Shown here: positions 9,501 through 18,543 of the stretch, piece after piece
Position numbering within the stretch: position 1 is the first letter of the stretch
How the letters are laid out: each line of letters begins with the position of its first letter
Virus record (IMG/VR): IMGVR_UViG_3300022895_000130
Coordinates: 1-58,644 of that record
DNA: 58,644 nt
Source: a virus
Taxonomy: Duplodnaviria; Caudoviricetes
Direction: 5' to 3' (one strand)
Program-made: the position numbers and the translations under genes
Notes under the pieces: generated by a model
Databases searched by the model: none
What the model was told of the DNA's origin: nothing
What the model saw: the letters and a program-made list of their open reading frames with translations, nothing else

Positions 9501-9577
9501 CCGATCACCGCCTTTATGGTCAGGGCCAATGGAAGCCAGAAGAAGAGGGTGCAGCCGGCCATGCAGGAAAGGATCAT
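9497..9577 (-). CDS. 26-aa hydrophobic peptide (MILSCMAGCTLFFWLPLALTIKAVIG)
   Basis: Manually translated; ATGA overlaps at both ends. Confidence 0.5.
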   Translation of the reverse strand: MILSCMAGCTLFFWLPLALTIKAVIG

Positions 9578-10356
9578 GGCGATAACTCCAGCTCGGCTGG
9601 CGCGGTAGCGGCCAGGGTTTCGACGGCCAGGGCGTACACGTCCGGGTGCTGCTTGTCGAAGGCAGGCATGTGTTCAGTCTCGATCCAGGTGCCGCGCACG
9701 GTTCCCTTGGCTAGCCATGCCGGCTTGATTCCCGGCGCCTGCGTCCACGCGGTGACGCCGATGCCGTGGCTGGCGATCTGTTTGGCGGTGATGAAGCCCT
9801 GACGGCGCAGTTGGGCCAACACCTTCAATGCCGACTCTTTCCACGGTGTCAGGCGCACAGGAGCCGGCACCCCGGCAGGCAGTTTCGTCGCCAGCACTGG
9901 CACCTGGCAGCGTTCGGGCGGGTTCCAGTCGAACATGTACCAGTCATAAAACGGTTGGTGATCGCTGACCTCCAGCAGGGAATGATCAAGGCTGAAGGTG
10001 AAGGCGTCACCGTGGCGCGTCCAGCTCGACCTCGGCACGAGGACCCTCACGCCGAGGTGTTCCAGCATCTTCACGATGCCTTTGCTGGCATCGGTGATCT
10101 TGCTCACGATCACCAACCGGTAATCCGGCCCGGCACGACCGTACAGCTCGTCGCCGCGACACGGCAGGATCTGGTCAGCCACCTTGGCGTTGAGCTGCAT
10201 CTTTGCCTCGACGCCGATCTGCCGGCCGTCCTCGTGCACAACCAGCACATCGAAGCCCGCGGCCTCGGGGTAGCACGTCCAGCCGGGCAATTCGTTGAAC
10301 TCCTGGATGAACAGCGCGCAGAGGTCAGCCTCCTTTTCGATTTTCTCGATAGGCAT
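9574..10356 (-). CDS. putative PD-(D/E)XK nuclease-fold protein
   Basis: E(ADL)...E...FDVLVV...IGVEAK...Q pattern. Confidence 0.6.
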   Translation of the reverse strand: MPIEKIEKEADLCALFIQEFNELPGWTCYPEAAGFDVLVVHEDGRQIGVEAKMQLNAKVADQILPCRGDELYGRAGPDYRLVIVSKITDASKGIVKMLEHLGVRVLVPRSSWTRHGDAFTFSLDHSLLEVSDHQPFYDWYMFDWNPPERCQVPVLATKLPAGVPAPVRLTPWKESALKVLAQLRRQGFITAKQIASHGIGVTAWTQAPGIKPAWLAKGTVRGTWIETEHMPAFDKQHPDVYALAVETLAATAPAELELSP

Positions 10357-10402
10357 TTTTCGTCCTTGCCGCTATAGCGGCTGACTTTGAAGGGGGAGGG
10401 AG

Positions 10403-10588
10403 TTACGGGTAGTTGGTGCTGATGCGCTGGGCGATTTCTTCGAGCTCACCGGCAATTTCAAACATTTGATTGTTGTCGCGTCGGGACACAACCGGGGATC
10501 GCTGCACGTTGCGGCCGCTCAGGATCTTCGCGGCCAGCAGGATCAGCCAGGCTTCGAACTTGCGGCGGATGAAGCGCTTCATGGTCAT
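10403..10588 (-). CDS. phage hypothetical protein
   Basis: ATGA-coupled to the upstream gene. Confidence 0.6.
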   Translation of the reverse strand: MTMKRFIRRKFEAWLILLAAKILSGRNVQRSPVVSRRDNNQMFEIAGELEEIAQRISTNYP

Positions 10589-11094
10589 TCGCCCTGGTTG
10601 GCCAGCATGTTCAGGCGCATGCCTGATGTACCGGGGATCTGATGATCTCGCTCTACGAACCCGTTTCCTTTGCATTCACATGTAACGTCACCGCAGAGAA
10701 TTCCATTCTTGCAGCCGACCATCAGCGGCCTGATGCAGAGATCGCGGAGTGCACGGAACTGGCCGAGAGCAAGGCGCAGGTCATCGTGCATGCCAAAGTC
10801 GCGAGCTGGCACATGTGAGTTGTCCTCTTCGCCGGCATACAAGTCGGCCACCTTCGCGAAGGGCTCGGCAGCGGCGGCCAAGTCATCAATCCGCTGATCC
10901 GCTGCGTTCAGGCGCTGCTGCAGGGCGGCATTCTCGGCGGTGACCCGGTCGAAGTCGGAGGCCAGAACATACCGCACTGACTCATGCCCGCATTCGCACG
11001 CATCCCACACATCGTCCTGACACCATTCACGGCCGCGGAGCTGGCCCTGCTCCTGGCAGGCCGGCCCGAGGTAAATCACTTTTGGCTCGCTCAC
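10585..11094 (-). CDS. phage hypothetical protein (coiled coil, Cys clusters)
   Basis: ORF track; GTG start after GAAGGGG. Confidence 0.65.
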   Translation of the reverse strand: MSEPKVIYLGPACQEQGQLRGREWCQDDVWDACECGHESVRYVLASDFDRVTAENAALQQRLNAADQRIDDLAAAAEPFAKVADLYAGEEDNSHVPARDFGMHDDLRLALGQFRALRDLCIRPLMVGCKNGILCGDVTCECKGNGFVERDHQIPGTSGMRLNMLANQGE

Positions 11095-11105
11095 AATGAA
11101 CCCCT

Positions 11106-11716
11106 TCAATTGTCTGTCCCTGTGTAGGTGCGCCAAGGCACCTTCACGCCGTTTACGAGGAATCCCCAGTCACCGCGCCACTTGCTGGTGATGAAGAGAG
11201 TGAAGACGCCGCCGGGGGATACCTGGTCGATGCGGTGGTATTCGCCGTGGTTGAGGCGGGCGGTGTCGCCCTCGGAGCGCTGAATCCATTCGCAGGCATC
11301 GCGCATGAGCCAATCAACCCACTTCTGATTAGGCGGCGAGACCATCCCGTCCATAACTGCCTGCTTCCACTCCTCGCCGGCAGGCCGCTGCTCCGTGTAC
11401 CAGCCGCGCAGGATGATCGTTCGGGCGTTCCATGGGTGATCGTTCGGGCGTTCCATGGGTGATCGTGCAGATCCCGGTCGTTGTCCTCGCGCAGGATGTG
11501 GTGGATCCTGAACGACCACGGGCACCACCAGAACGTCGCCTTGTGCGTCTCCCGGCTGTACGGGTTGAACAGCCACCAGCGGCCCATGTACATCTCGGTG
11601 CCGTCGGCGGACATGATGTGCTGGTACGGGGTGAGCTTGGCGCGGGCGATGAGCCAGTCGGCGATTGCCGGGCGCGCGATTACCTTGGCGAGGATTCGCC
11701 AGAAGATGTTCAGCAT
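11106..11716 (-). pseudogene. cupin-fold (dioxygenase-like) gene frameshifted by a 23-bp tandem duplication
   Basis: N-half ends LHDHPWNARTI, C-half begins DHPWNARTIILRGWYTE in another frame; removing one copy gives a 588-nt ORF. Confidence 0.8.
11414..11466. repeat. 23-bp tandem duplication TGATCGTTCGGGCGTTCCATGGG x2 plus TGATCGT
   Basis: Copies at 11414-11436 and 11437-11459, 7-bp microhomology at 11460-11466. Confidence 0.95.
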
Positions 11717-11884
11717 GGATGGCGTCCTATGCCGGGGCATGCCCGGTGCAATAAATTGATGTTTAATCGCATTTACAGAAAATTTCGATGCTCTTAGCCA
11801 GAATTTTGGTTGATAAGTGGATTGACGGGCGTGTGCTATGATAGGTGCAGGTGTCCAGTGTCTTATAGTTAGTACGAGGTCTTA

Positions 11885-12274
11885 ATGTTTGAAGTTACAT
11901 GTAAGGGGCCGTATCCAGCATTTCGCACAATCGCCCAAGGAATCAGCTTTGGAACTATTAATAAGCCGATAGTTTTCGAAGTAAAAACAGAGACGATTGC
12001 TGTTCCTTTGCTTGTAAATTTTTATGTTAGGCACGATCCTGAGAAGGCAAAAGCTTTATTTGTTGTTAATGACATGACAGAAGGAAACTCAATCGACTTG
12101 GAGTTTTATAATATTGTGCAAGGATCTTCTGGGTTGACGTCGCCAGCAAGTATTGCGTCTCTTAAAGATGTGGAACTGCAATTTTTCTTTCAAGTAGATA
12201 AGCCTTTTGAAGGTGATAACTACAGGCTTAGTTACCAGTTTTTTGAGACTGAAGTTGTCGGTAATCGCTCATGA
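11885..12274 (+). CDS. AT-rich moron protein, beta-rich, DUF6864-like
   Basis: Opposite orientation to the arm; GAGG RBS; LEFYN...G...P..IA...LQFFF pattern. Confidence 0.7.
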   Translation: MFEVTCKGPYPAFRTIAQGISFGTINKPIVFEVKTETIAVPLLVNFYVRHDPEKAKALFVVNDMTEGNSIDLEFYNIVQGSSGLTSPASIASLKDVELQFFFQVDKPFEGDNYRLSYQFFETEVVGNRS

Positions 12275-12531
12275 AGGAATGGCAGACTTATACGAAATCC
12301 TCTCAGGGCGCGAGTCAAGGTTCTGGTCAGCCATCTGTGAAAGAGTATCTTTTAATCAAGCTCTCCGACAACTGGATTGCTGTCGCGGTGCTGGTAGTAT
12401 TTTTATTTTGCGCTGTAGCAGGTTTGATATGCAGTAATTCACAAGGCACAGAGATGGCAGAGGCCAGTAAATGGTTCTTTGATAGCGCGAAGCTTTGTCT
12501 TGGCGTATTTTTGGGACTTCTCAAAAAATAA
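12271..12531 (+). CDS. small membrane protein (two hydrophobic segments)
   Basis: ATGA-coupled to 11885-12274; WIAVAVLVVFLFCAVAGLIC and LCLGVFLGLL. Confidence 0.7.
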   Translation: MKEWQTYTKSSQGASQGSGQPSVKEYLLIKLSDNWIAVAVLVVFLFCAVAGLICSNSQGTEMAEASKWFFDSAKLCLGVFLGLLKK

Positions 12532-12587
12532 CCGATCGGATTTTATATTCGATGTAACTATTTGCGTTCAGCGCGGCATGGGTCGAA

Positions 12588-12989
12588 TCAGGCGCGCCGG
12601 ACTTTAAAATGCAACATCGCCTTGATGCTGTGGCAGTAATCCTGAAGCCGCTCATAGGCCTTGTATTTGGCCTGGCCTCGAGTAGCAGCCCAGACCCTGA
12701 CCAGGTCTTCGCGGGCTTCCCGGTTCCAGTCGAGATCATCCCAATCGTGTTTGAACGGTAGGACCAACCACTCTTTGAGTGGCAGCGATTCCGCCATCTC
12801 GCCGTACTGCATTTCATGGGTTGGGTGATAGTTGCTGATCCGCTTCTTCGGGTCTTCGTCCAGCACCACGCCGATGTAGTGGCCTCGATCGGCCAGGATG
12901 ACGCCGGGCTTTCCGTAGGCGATTACGCGGCGGCCTACTTCGGCGGGCACCTGATAGTGCTGCCGGACATATGCGCAGTTGTGGCTCAT
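12588..12989 (-). CDS. phage hypothetical protein
   Basis: GGAG RBS; left-arm orientation. Confidence 0.75.
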   Translation of the reverse strand: MSHNCAYVRQHYQVPAEVGRRVIAYGKPGVILADRGHYIGVVLDEDPKKRISNYHPTHEMQYGEMAESLPLKEWLVLPFKHDWDDLDWNREAREDLVRVWAATRGQAKYKAYERLQDYCHSIKAMLHFKVRRA

Positions 12990-13084
12990 GGATTTCTCCA
13001 GTCAGGCGCCGCCCTCCGTGACCGGTGGTGGCAATTTTGTTAGGGATGGGGTCTGATGCTCCTCACGGGTTGAGGAGGATAAAA

Positions 13085-13636
13085 ATGAGCACAGTACCAG
13101 TATGGGTATCTTTAGTTACGGCAGTTTTGGGCGGAGGGATAATTTCGGGAAGCATTACGTTCATCCTCGAAACTAAGCGCTCAGAGAAAAACTTGCTCAG
13201 AACCAAGCTTGAAGAGCTGCACACCGCTTTTGATAGGTCCTCGCGAAATCTAACCGTAATTCACGAGCTGTTAAGTCAATATGCGAAAGGTGACACCGAT
13301 ATACATGGTTTTCTCGCTGAGTCATCGAGTTATGTAGAAAAGTTTTCGGAGCCTACGACTGAGCGCGTATCCGCCCTTTCCGCTATTTACTTTCCTGACC
13401 TGATTATTTGTGACAAATCATTCAATAGAGCGAGAGAGCGATTCATCGAATTAATGAACGATCGTATTCGACTTGTGTCGCGTCCAGAGGGCTTTGAATC
13501 TTTGGTGGAGGAATCATACGAATTTCTCAAAGAGATGGACAAAGCGATGCGTCAAGCTATCTACAGATCTGCTAATAAACTGAATTTGTCAGCGGCTACG
13601 CGCTTGTTCCAAAGAACTGGCCTTTCGGGCAGATAA
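13085..13636 (+). CDS. moron protein with N-terminal TM helix and helical body
   Basis: GAGGAGG RBS before ATG 13085; lower GC; counter-oriented. Confidence 0.75.
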   Translation: MSTVPVWVSLVTAVLGGGIISGSITFILETKRSEKNLLRTKLEELHTAFDRSSRNLTVIHELLSQYAKGDTDIHGFLAESSSYVEKFSEPTTERVSALSAIYFPDLIICDKSFNRARERFIELMNDRIRLVSRPEGFESLVEESYEFLKEMDKAMRQAIYRSANKLNLSAATRLFQRTGLSGR

Positions 13637-13994
13637 CCTCGTCACCCGGGTCAGCGGCGAGTTCGCCCATGCTCTTCTCGTAAAATGCTCGCGACACCTT
13701 TTCGCTTGGCTCATAAGGTGTCGTGACATTCCGCAGCATCTTGGCCTGAGTTTCGAAGTCAGCCGCGATCAGGTTCCGCAGCAGGTTCTGATACACCTCC
13801 TGCTGGTTGTTGAAGCCGTGGGCGGCCATGACCCGCTTGAGGTCTGGCTTGAACACGCCGGCGACCTCAACCGTAAACTTCTCGACGCCCAATGCAGCGT
13901 CCTTCGCTGCTGCCTTTTCGCGCTTCTTGCGCTGCTTGATGGCTTCCGCTGTCAGCGGCGGCTCGACCGGCGCAAGTTCCTGTTCTTCGGCCAT
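13596..13994 (-). CDS. phage hypothetical protein
   Basis: GAGG RBS; left-arm orientation. Confidence 0.75.
   Translation of the reverse strand: MAEEQELAPVEPPLTAEAIKQRKKREKAAAKDAALGVEKFTVEVAGVFKPDLKRVMAAHGFNNQQEVYQNLLRNLIAADFETQAKMLRNVTTPYEPSEKVSRAFYEKSMGELAADPGDEVICPKGQFFGTSA
13689..13726. repeat. TCGCGACAC-N20-GTGTCGTGA element, copy 1 of 3
   Basis: Same arms and spacer length at 24280 and 29139. Confidence 0.85.
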
Positions 13995-14075
13995 GGCCTA
14001 CCTCTTCAATTCCGCTGGCCGGCAAGTCCAGCCAGGTCTGGCGGCGGCGCGTGGCCGCCCGCTTAGTGGTTCGTT

Positions 14076-14597
14076 TCATCGAAATGCGGACTTCAGCTTC
14101 GGATAGTCGATCTTGTGATCCCGGACAATCCGATCCAGCATGTTGTAACTGATCGCCAGAGCCTTGCAGCACTGGCTTCGGTTCATGCCGCCGGCGATGC
14201 AGTCCCTGATTTGACCGACCAATCGTGCTTCCAGGTCGGGCGGCGCTTTGTTTGGCGCCGTACCGGTCTTCTGTCGCACGTGGAACTTGATGCCATGCTT
14301 CGAGGCGATCGCCTTGAGCGTGGCCAGGGCGATTCCCTCCCGCTCGCAGATCTCGTTCCGGGTCATCGTTTTGGCCATTTCGCGGATCCGCGAAACCCGC
14401 TGAGTTGTTTCGTCTCTCACCTTCGGCCGTTGGAAGGTTGGCGGATGCTTCCGATCGGAGGTGCTGGTGAACTTGATCGGGGCAGGTTTTGGCACATCGA
14501 TCTTTCCGCCGGCAGCCAGGAACTGGGCGATTTGCTCGGAGAGCTCGCTGGAATCCTGACGCCGCTGTTCGACGTCGTTGAGGTGGTTGCTGATCAT
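14076..14597 (-). CDS. phage protein with two HTH-like segments
   Basis: MTRNEICEREGIALATLK and MNRSQCCKALAISYNML. Confidence 0.7.
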   Translation of the reverse strand: MISNHLNDVEQRRQDSSELSEQIAQFLAAGGKIDVPKPAPIKFTSTSDRKHPPTFQRPKVRDETTQRVSRIREMAKTMTRNEICEREGIALATLKAIASKHGIKFHVRQKTGTAPNKAPPDLEARLVGQIRDCIAGGMNRSQCCKALAISYNMLDRIVRDHKIDYPKLKSAFR

Positions 14598-14599
14598 TC

Positions 14600-15268
14600 T
14601 TAAGCTCCCAATCTGTGGGCCTGTGCCCGTGCTCTGTCGGCGACTTCATCAACCATCCTGCCGAGTTCCAGATTGAACTGGACCAGCTCTTGATGAAGTA
14701 TCGCGATGTACTCGTCATCGCGTTTGATGGTCTCGATGTACAGCCGGCAGTCTTCGTCTTGCCGTGGATCGAATGACAGAAAATCCCACCATTCCCGGCC
14801 GGTGACGAACATGCAGCCTTGAACCTGCGGCTTGTGTTCTTCGGGCATTCCTTCGAGCCAGGTGCGGACGTGAACGGCTTCATTGAATGGGCACTTCGAC
14901 TCAATGCCGCCGTCCTCGCCAATCAAGCCGTCCGGCGAGCAGCCCAGCCAGTCGTATTTTGGGTGAACCACAAAGCCCGATTTGATGACGGTATTTCCGG
15001 TGAGAATTTCGTAAAAATCGTGGCTCGACTGCTCGACTTCTGTGCCCCAGGCCATCGACTTGCTGCTGACCGAATGCTTCGATCGGTTCGCCAAGCGTTC
15101 AAAGGCCAGCTCACGCATGTAGGTAGTTCGGGCAGCAAGTGGCTTGCGTTTGCCATGCTTATCACGATCTCCCCAAGCGATCACATCCTTGAACCTGCTG
15201 GCTGTCAGGCGCCCGCTGCGGTCCTGGTGCCACTGCTCGGTGCGCTGAAGATCTACAGCGGTGTTCAT
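14600..15268 (-). CDS. lambda-exonuclease / YqaJ family
   Basis: W...R.GRLTAS, M.WG..E, GCSPDGL, ESKCP, QVQG.M motifs. Confidence 0.92.
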   Translation of the reverse strand: MNTAVDLQRTEQWHQDRSGRLTASRFKDVIAWGDRDKHGKRKPLAARTTYMRELAFERLANRSKHSVSSKSMAWGTEVEQSSHDFYEILTGNTVIKSGFVVHPKYDWLGCSPDGLIGEDGGIESKCPFNEAVHVRTWLEGMPEEHKPQVQGCMFVTGREWWDFLSFDPRQDEDCRLYIETIKRDDEYIAILHQELVQFNLELGRMVDEVADRARAQAHRLGA

Positions 15269-16245
15269 TGGCTGCCTCCTTGCTGATCGCTTTCAGCATG
15301 AGTGTCGGCGCTTTCGTTGACGGTCGTGAACTCCGCATCTATGGTCTGCGCAATCGTCTTAAGTTCGCCGTGACGGGTTACGCCAATGGCGCCGCGCTGC
15401 TGAGGTTTCAGCGCCTTCCAGGCTTTTTCGTAGCCGTCAATTCCTTGCTCCTGAGCGACCTTTTTCAACTGCTCGAACAGGTCTGCGGTTGCGTCGGTGG
15501 TGTCACCTTGAGGAACTGACGCGGCACCTACGTCTGACGGCTTTTCGTTGGTAGATCTCGGGGTGACGTCTGTTTCCGGAAGCGTATAGCCGTCGTCCAG
15601 CTCGTCGCGGGTGTACACGCCCAAGATTACGTCAGGGCAATACAGGCGAGCCCACTTTTTGAGGGCTAGGTACGCGATCTGCTGCTTCGGATCGTCCGCC
15701 CATAGCGTAGAGTTTCGGGTTCGTGCCTGAGTCATCAAGGTTGTCAGTTCGCGGGGAGCGTCTTCGCCAACGAAGGTAGCCCAGACGCGGACGCCAAGGC
15801 CTTTCTCGTCGTTTATGTTCCAGTTTGGAACGCGGTATTTCTTCGGCTGTCCGTGATCATCCGTTTGCTTTTTGCTTTCGATTTCACGGAAGTTGCCAAT
15901 GATCTTGTCCCAGTCGCCAAACCACTCGTAATGGATTCGATCAAGGGTCGGTGCTCGGGTGGTGATTACCGCATTGACTAGCTGCGCTTCGTAGCTCAGT
16001 TGGCCACCGTTGACGATGAACGTCTTCTGCGCCACCTGGAAGGGGTTCATACCCCATTGCATGGACTGCATGATCACCGCCATGCAGTCGGCGGTGTTTC
16101 CGTGGAAGTGTTTCGGCAGGGTGGTTTTGCCACCTGCCATGATGCCTGCGAGCTCAGTCATCGATTGCATGCTGTCGCGATTGAGGATCAGGCCCGTCGG
16201 GCTGGTGTCCATTGGTACGGTAGCAATCTGGGTTTGTGCGTTCAT
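15265..16245 (-). CDS. recT: RecT family single-strand annealing protein
   Basis: LP.HF.GN.ADCMAV.MQ..QWGMNPF.VAQKT, W..DPKQQIAYLA.K.WARLYCPDVILGVY. Confidence 0.88.
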   Translation of the reverse strand: MNAQTQIATVPMDTSPTGLILNRDSMQSMTELAGIMAGGKTTLPKHFHGNTADCMAVIMQSMQWGMNPFQVAQKTFIVNGGQLSYEAQLVNAVITTRAPTLDRIHYEWFGDWDKIIGNFREIESKKQTDDHGQPKKYRVPNWNINDEKGLGVRVWATFVGEDAPRELTTLMTQARTRNSTLWADDPKQQIAYLALKKWARLYCPDVILGVYTRDELDDGYTLPETDVTPRSTNEKPSDVGAASVPQGDTTDATADLFEQLKKVAQEQGIDGYEKAWKALKPQQRGAIGVTRHGELKTIAQTIDAEFTTVNESADTHAESDQQGGSQ

Positions 16246-16299
16246 CGTTAACTCCATAGCCGACGACTTTGGTCGGCCTCCGGGGTGAATTCGGGTTCG

Positions 16300-17463
16300 T
16301 CAGAACGACAGGGCGCGCAGCCAGGTCGATGCCTCGTCATTGGTCACGCAGAAGGCCATGGCCACGACCTCGACCACTTCGCTGGCGCTCGGCATGTTCG
16401 AGTCAGCGGCAACTTCTTCCTGGCGTGCGGAATCAGCTTCTGTCACAACCGCTGGTGCTGCTTGGGTTGCTACTGGAGTCGCGACGACTTCTGCGACTGA
16501 TGCAGGTGCAGCAGCCTGCGCGCGCAGGCGAGCCAGTTCTTCTTGATCTCGCTGATGCTGAGCTTCCCGTTCGCGCTGTTGGCGCTGCTGTTCTTCCTGC
16601 TGCTCACGTTGCTGGCGTTGCTGCGCTTCCAAGTCGCGGCGCTGCTGATCCAGTTCGTCTTGCTGTTTCTTCAGTCGCAGGCGGTCTTCCTCGGCGCGCT
16701 GCTTGCGCAGTTCCTCGGCCTCCGCGTCGGCGATGCGCTGTTTCTCGCGCAGCTCTTCGAGTTCTTTCTGTTGAGCCGCCAGCTTGGCCGCGGCTTCCTC
16801 GCGGTCAACAGCAGCCCTGTGCAGGGTTTCGAGCTGCTCAATAGCGTTGTTGCGGGCGATGGTGCCTTCTGCTTCGAACTCGGCATATTCCTCGGGCAGG
16901 ATTACCGACTCTTTGACGTTCTGCAGGACGTTTGCAACATCGGCAGCGCTGCGAGTTGCGTAGGCGGCAGCGACCGAGCTGAACCGCGTGATTTTTGTCC
17001 GGATGCCTTCGACACGCTCAGCTTCAAGACGCTCACGTTCGGCCTTGGCATCAGCCGCGCGCTTTTCCTCGGCCTTGATTGCTTCGTCGACAGGCGCTTC
17101 GATCGCCAGCACGCGCTCCTTCAGCGTTTCACCAAATTCCTTCACTTGGTTGACGCGAGCCTGGGCGTCTTTAACCGCTTGCTGATAGGGAACGAGTGCC
17201 GTTTTGGTTGTGTTGGCCAGGGCATAGCGGACATCGCGAATATCCACGCGAACTTCCTTCGCATTCGCCAAACCTTCACTGGTAGAGCAGTCGACAACCA
17301 GGTTTGCGTAGGTCGTTTCCAGGCGGACGATTTGTTCTTCATGCGGCCGGTATTCGGCGATGTCGGTGACAGCAACCGCTGGCGGTAAAGCGCTCTTTTC
17401 TGCTTCGGCCGGGTTCATTTCGAAGGATTCCTGCGACGGTGCTTGTTGGGCTTTTGCGGACAT
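16300..17463 (-). CDS. coiled-coil phage protein of the recombination module
   Basis: E/Q/R/A-rich 387 aa ORF upstream of recT. Confidence 0.75.
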   Translation of the reverse strand: MSAKAQQAPSQESFEMNPAEAEKSALPPAVAVTDIAEYRPHEEQIVRLETTYANLVVDCSTSEGLANAKEVRVDIRDVRYALANTTKTALVPYQQAVKDAQARVNQVKEFGETLKERVLAIEAPVDEAIKAEEKRAADAKAERERLEAERVEGIRTKITRFSSVAAAYATRSAADVANVLQNVKESVILPEEYAEFEAEGTIARNNAIEQLETLHRAAVDREEAAAKLAAQQKELEELREKQRIADAEAEELRKQRAEEDRLRLKKQQDELDQQRRDLEAQQRQQREQQEEQQRQQREREAQHQRDQEELARLRAQAAAPASVAEVVATPVATQAAPAVVTEADSARQEEVAADSNMPSASEVVEVVAMAFCVTNDEASTWLRALSF

Positions 17464-17505
17464 GACGGTTCCTTGCCGCGCCGAGCGCGGCGTTCAATGC
17501 TTTGT

Positions 17506-17887
17506 TTATTGGGTGATTGGTGCGACGCGATCAGCGAGGGCGCTGAGCAGCATCAGGAAGGTGAAAACGCCGATGGCGGAGAACGAGCCGCGCTGGATCA
17601 ATATGCGGCGGGCCAGTTGCCGGGAGGTCACCGGAACACCCGGTAGGTGGTCGACTGCGGAGGCTGGCAGGTGCTGGAGGAGTCACGCGCCACGTTGTAG
17701 CCGGCCATGATCAGCAGGAGGCCGCCGGCGAAGACCCAGAACATGATCTTCATCAGGAGAGCCTCGCGATAAGCATTCCCCGGCGCGTCCGGATAGTGAT
17801 GCGGGTTGGCAGATCAGCGACCAGAAAAAAGCCCTGACGCTGCAGGGCTTCGGTCATTGCTTTGGCATTGCGGGCGATGATGGTCAT
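17506..17887 (-). CDS. three coupled small ORFs (17753-17887, 17628-17753, 17506-17631), two of them hydrophobic
   Basis: Manually translated; start/stop overlaps at each junction. Confidence 0.55.
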
Positions 17888-18117
17888 GCGGCAACTCCCT
17901 GCTTAAGTTTTGCGTTGAACGAGGCGTAGATCTGGTCAATGCGCGCCCGGTAATGCCGATGCTCAGCGTCGTCGATAGCGCGAAGCATGTAGGCCAGGGT
18001 GATGCAGGACGTGGCGGCCGCGCTTGCGTTGGGCTTCCCGAGGTCGCGGATCATGTTGTCGATCTCACCCTCGATCCAGGTGATCGCCGTTCGATGGTCA
18101 CGCTGCTGGACGTTCAT
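17884..18117 (-). CDS. phage hypothetical protein
   Basis: ATGA overlaps on both sides. Confidence 0.7.
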   Translation of the reverse strand: MNVQQRDHRTAITWIEGEIDNMIRDLGKPNASAAATSCITLAYMLRAIDDAEHRHYRARIDQIYASFNAKLKQGVAA

Positions 18118-18350
18118 TTCAGCCCCCAGAACTTGCCGTACGCGACGACAGCGGCGGCAACGCGCTTCGCCCGCGCCTGCAGGTCGAGCTTTTCTTGCGC
18201 ATCCCGCTCGGCCTGCAATTGCGTGCGCTTCAGCGCTGCCGCTTCGTAATCGTGGAAGTCCTCAGCCTTCGGCGCCCGTGGTCGCCCCCAATCGTCGTAG
18301 CGCCTGTCCCACTCTCGGGCCTGCGCACTGTCTGCATAGCTGGTTGCCAT
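18114..18350 (-). CDS. phage hypothetical protein
   Basis: GGAGG RBS before MATSYAD. Confidence 0.7.
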   Translation of the reverse strand: MATSYADSAQAREWDRRYDDWGRPRAPKAEDFHDYEAAALKRTQLQAERDAQEKLDLQARAKRVAAAVVAYGKFWGLK

Positions 18351-18503
18351 GTTCGCCTCCGTGGTGGCGGGGTGTTGATCCAACAAAACTCGGATGCACT
18401 CATCCGCTCCGCTGGTTGCCGTTGGGCGCGGAGGGGAGTGCATTTGGGATTGGTCGGGGTATTGATGACTAGCTGCGCGGGATCATTGCGATGCGACGTG
18501 CAG

Positions 18504-18530
18504 AAAAAAGCCCGCGTGACAGGCGGGCTT
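18504..18530 (-). terminator. rho-independent terminator after 18544-18972
   Basis: AAGCCCGC...GCGGGCTTTTTT on the minus strand. Confidence 0.7.
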
Positions 18531-18543
18531 CAGGGGGCAGACT

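Noticed and set aside
13867-14922. 351-aa minus-strand ORF
   Set aside because: Alternative frame across three better-supported genes; at most its last part from 14079 could be real.
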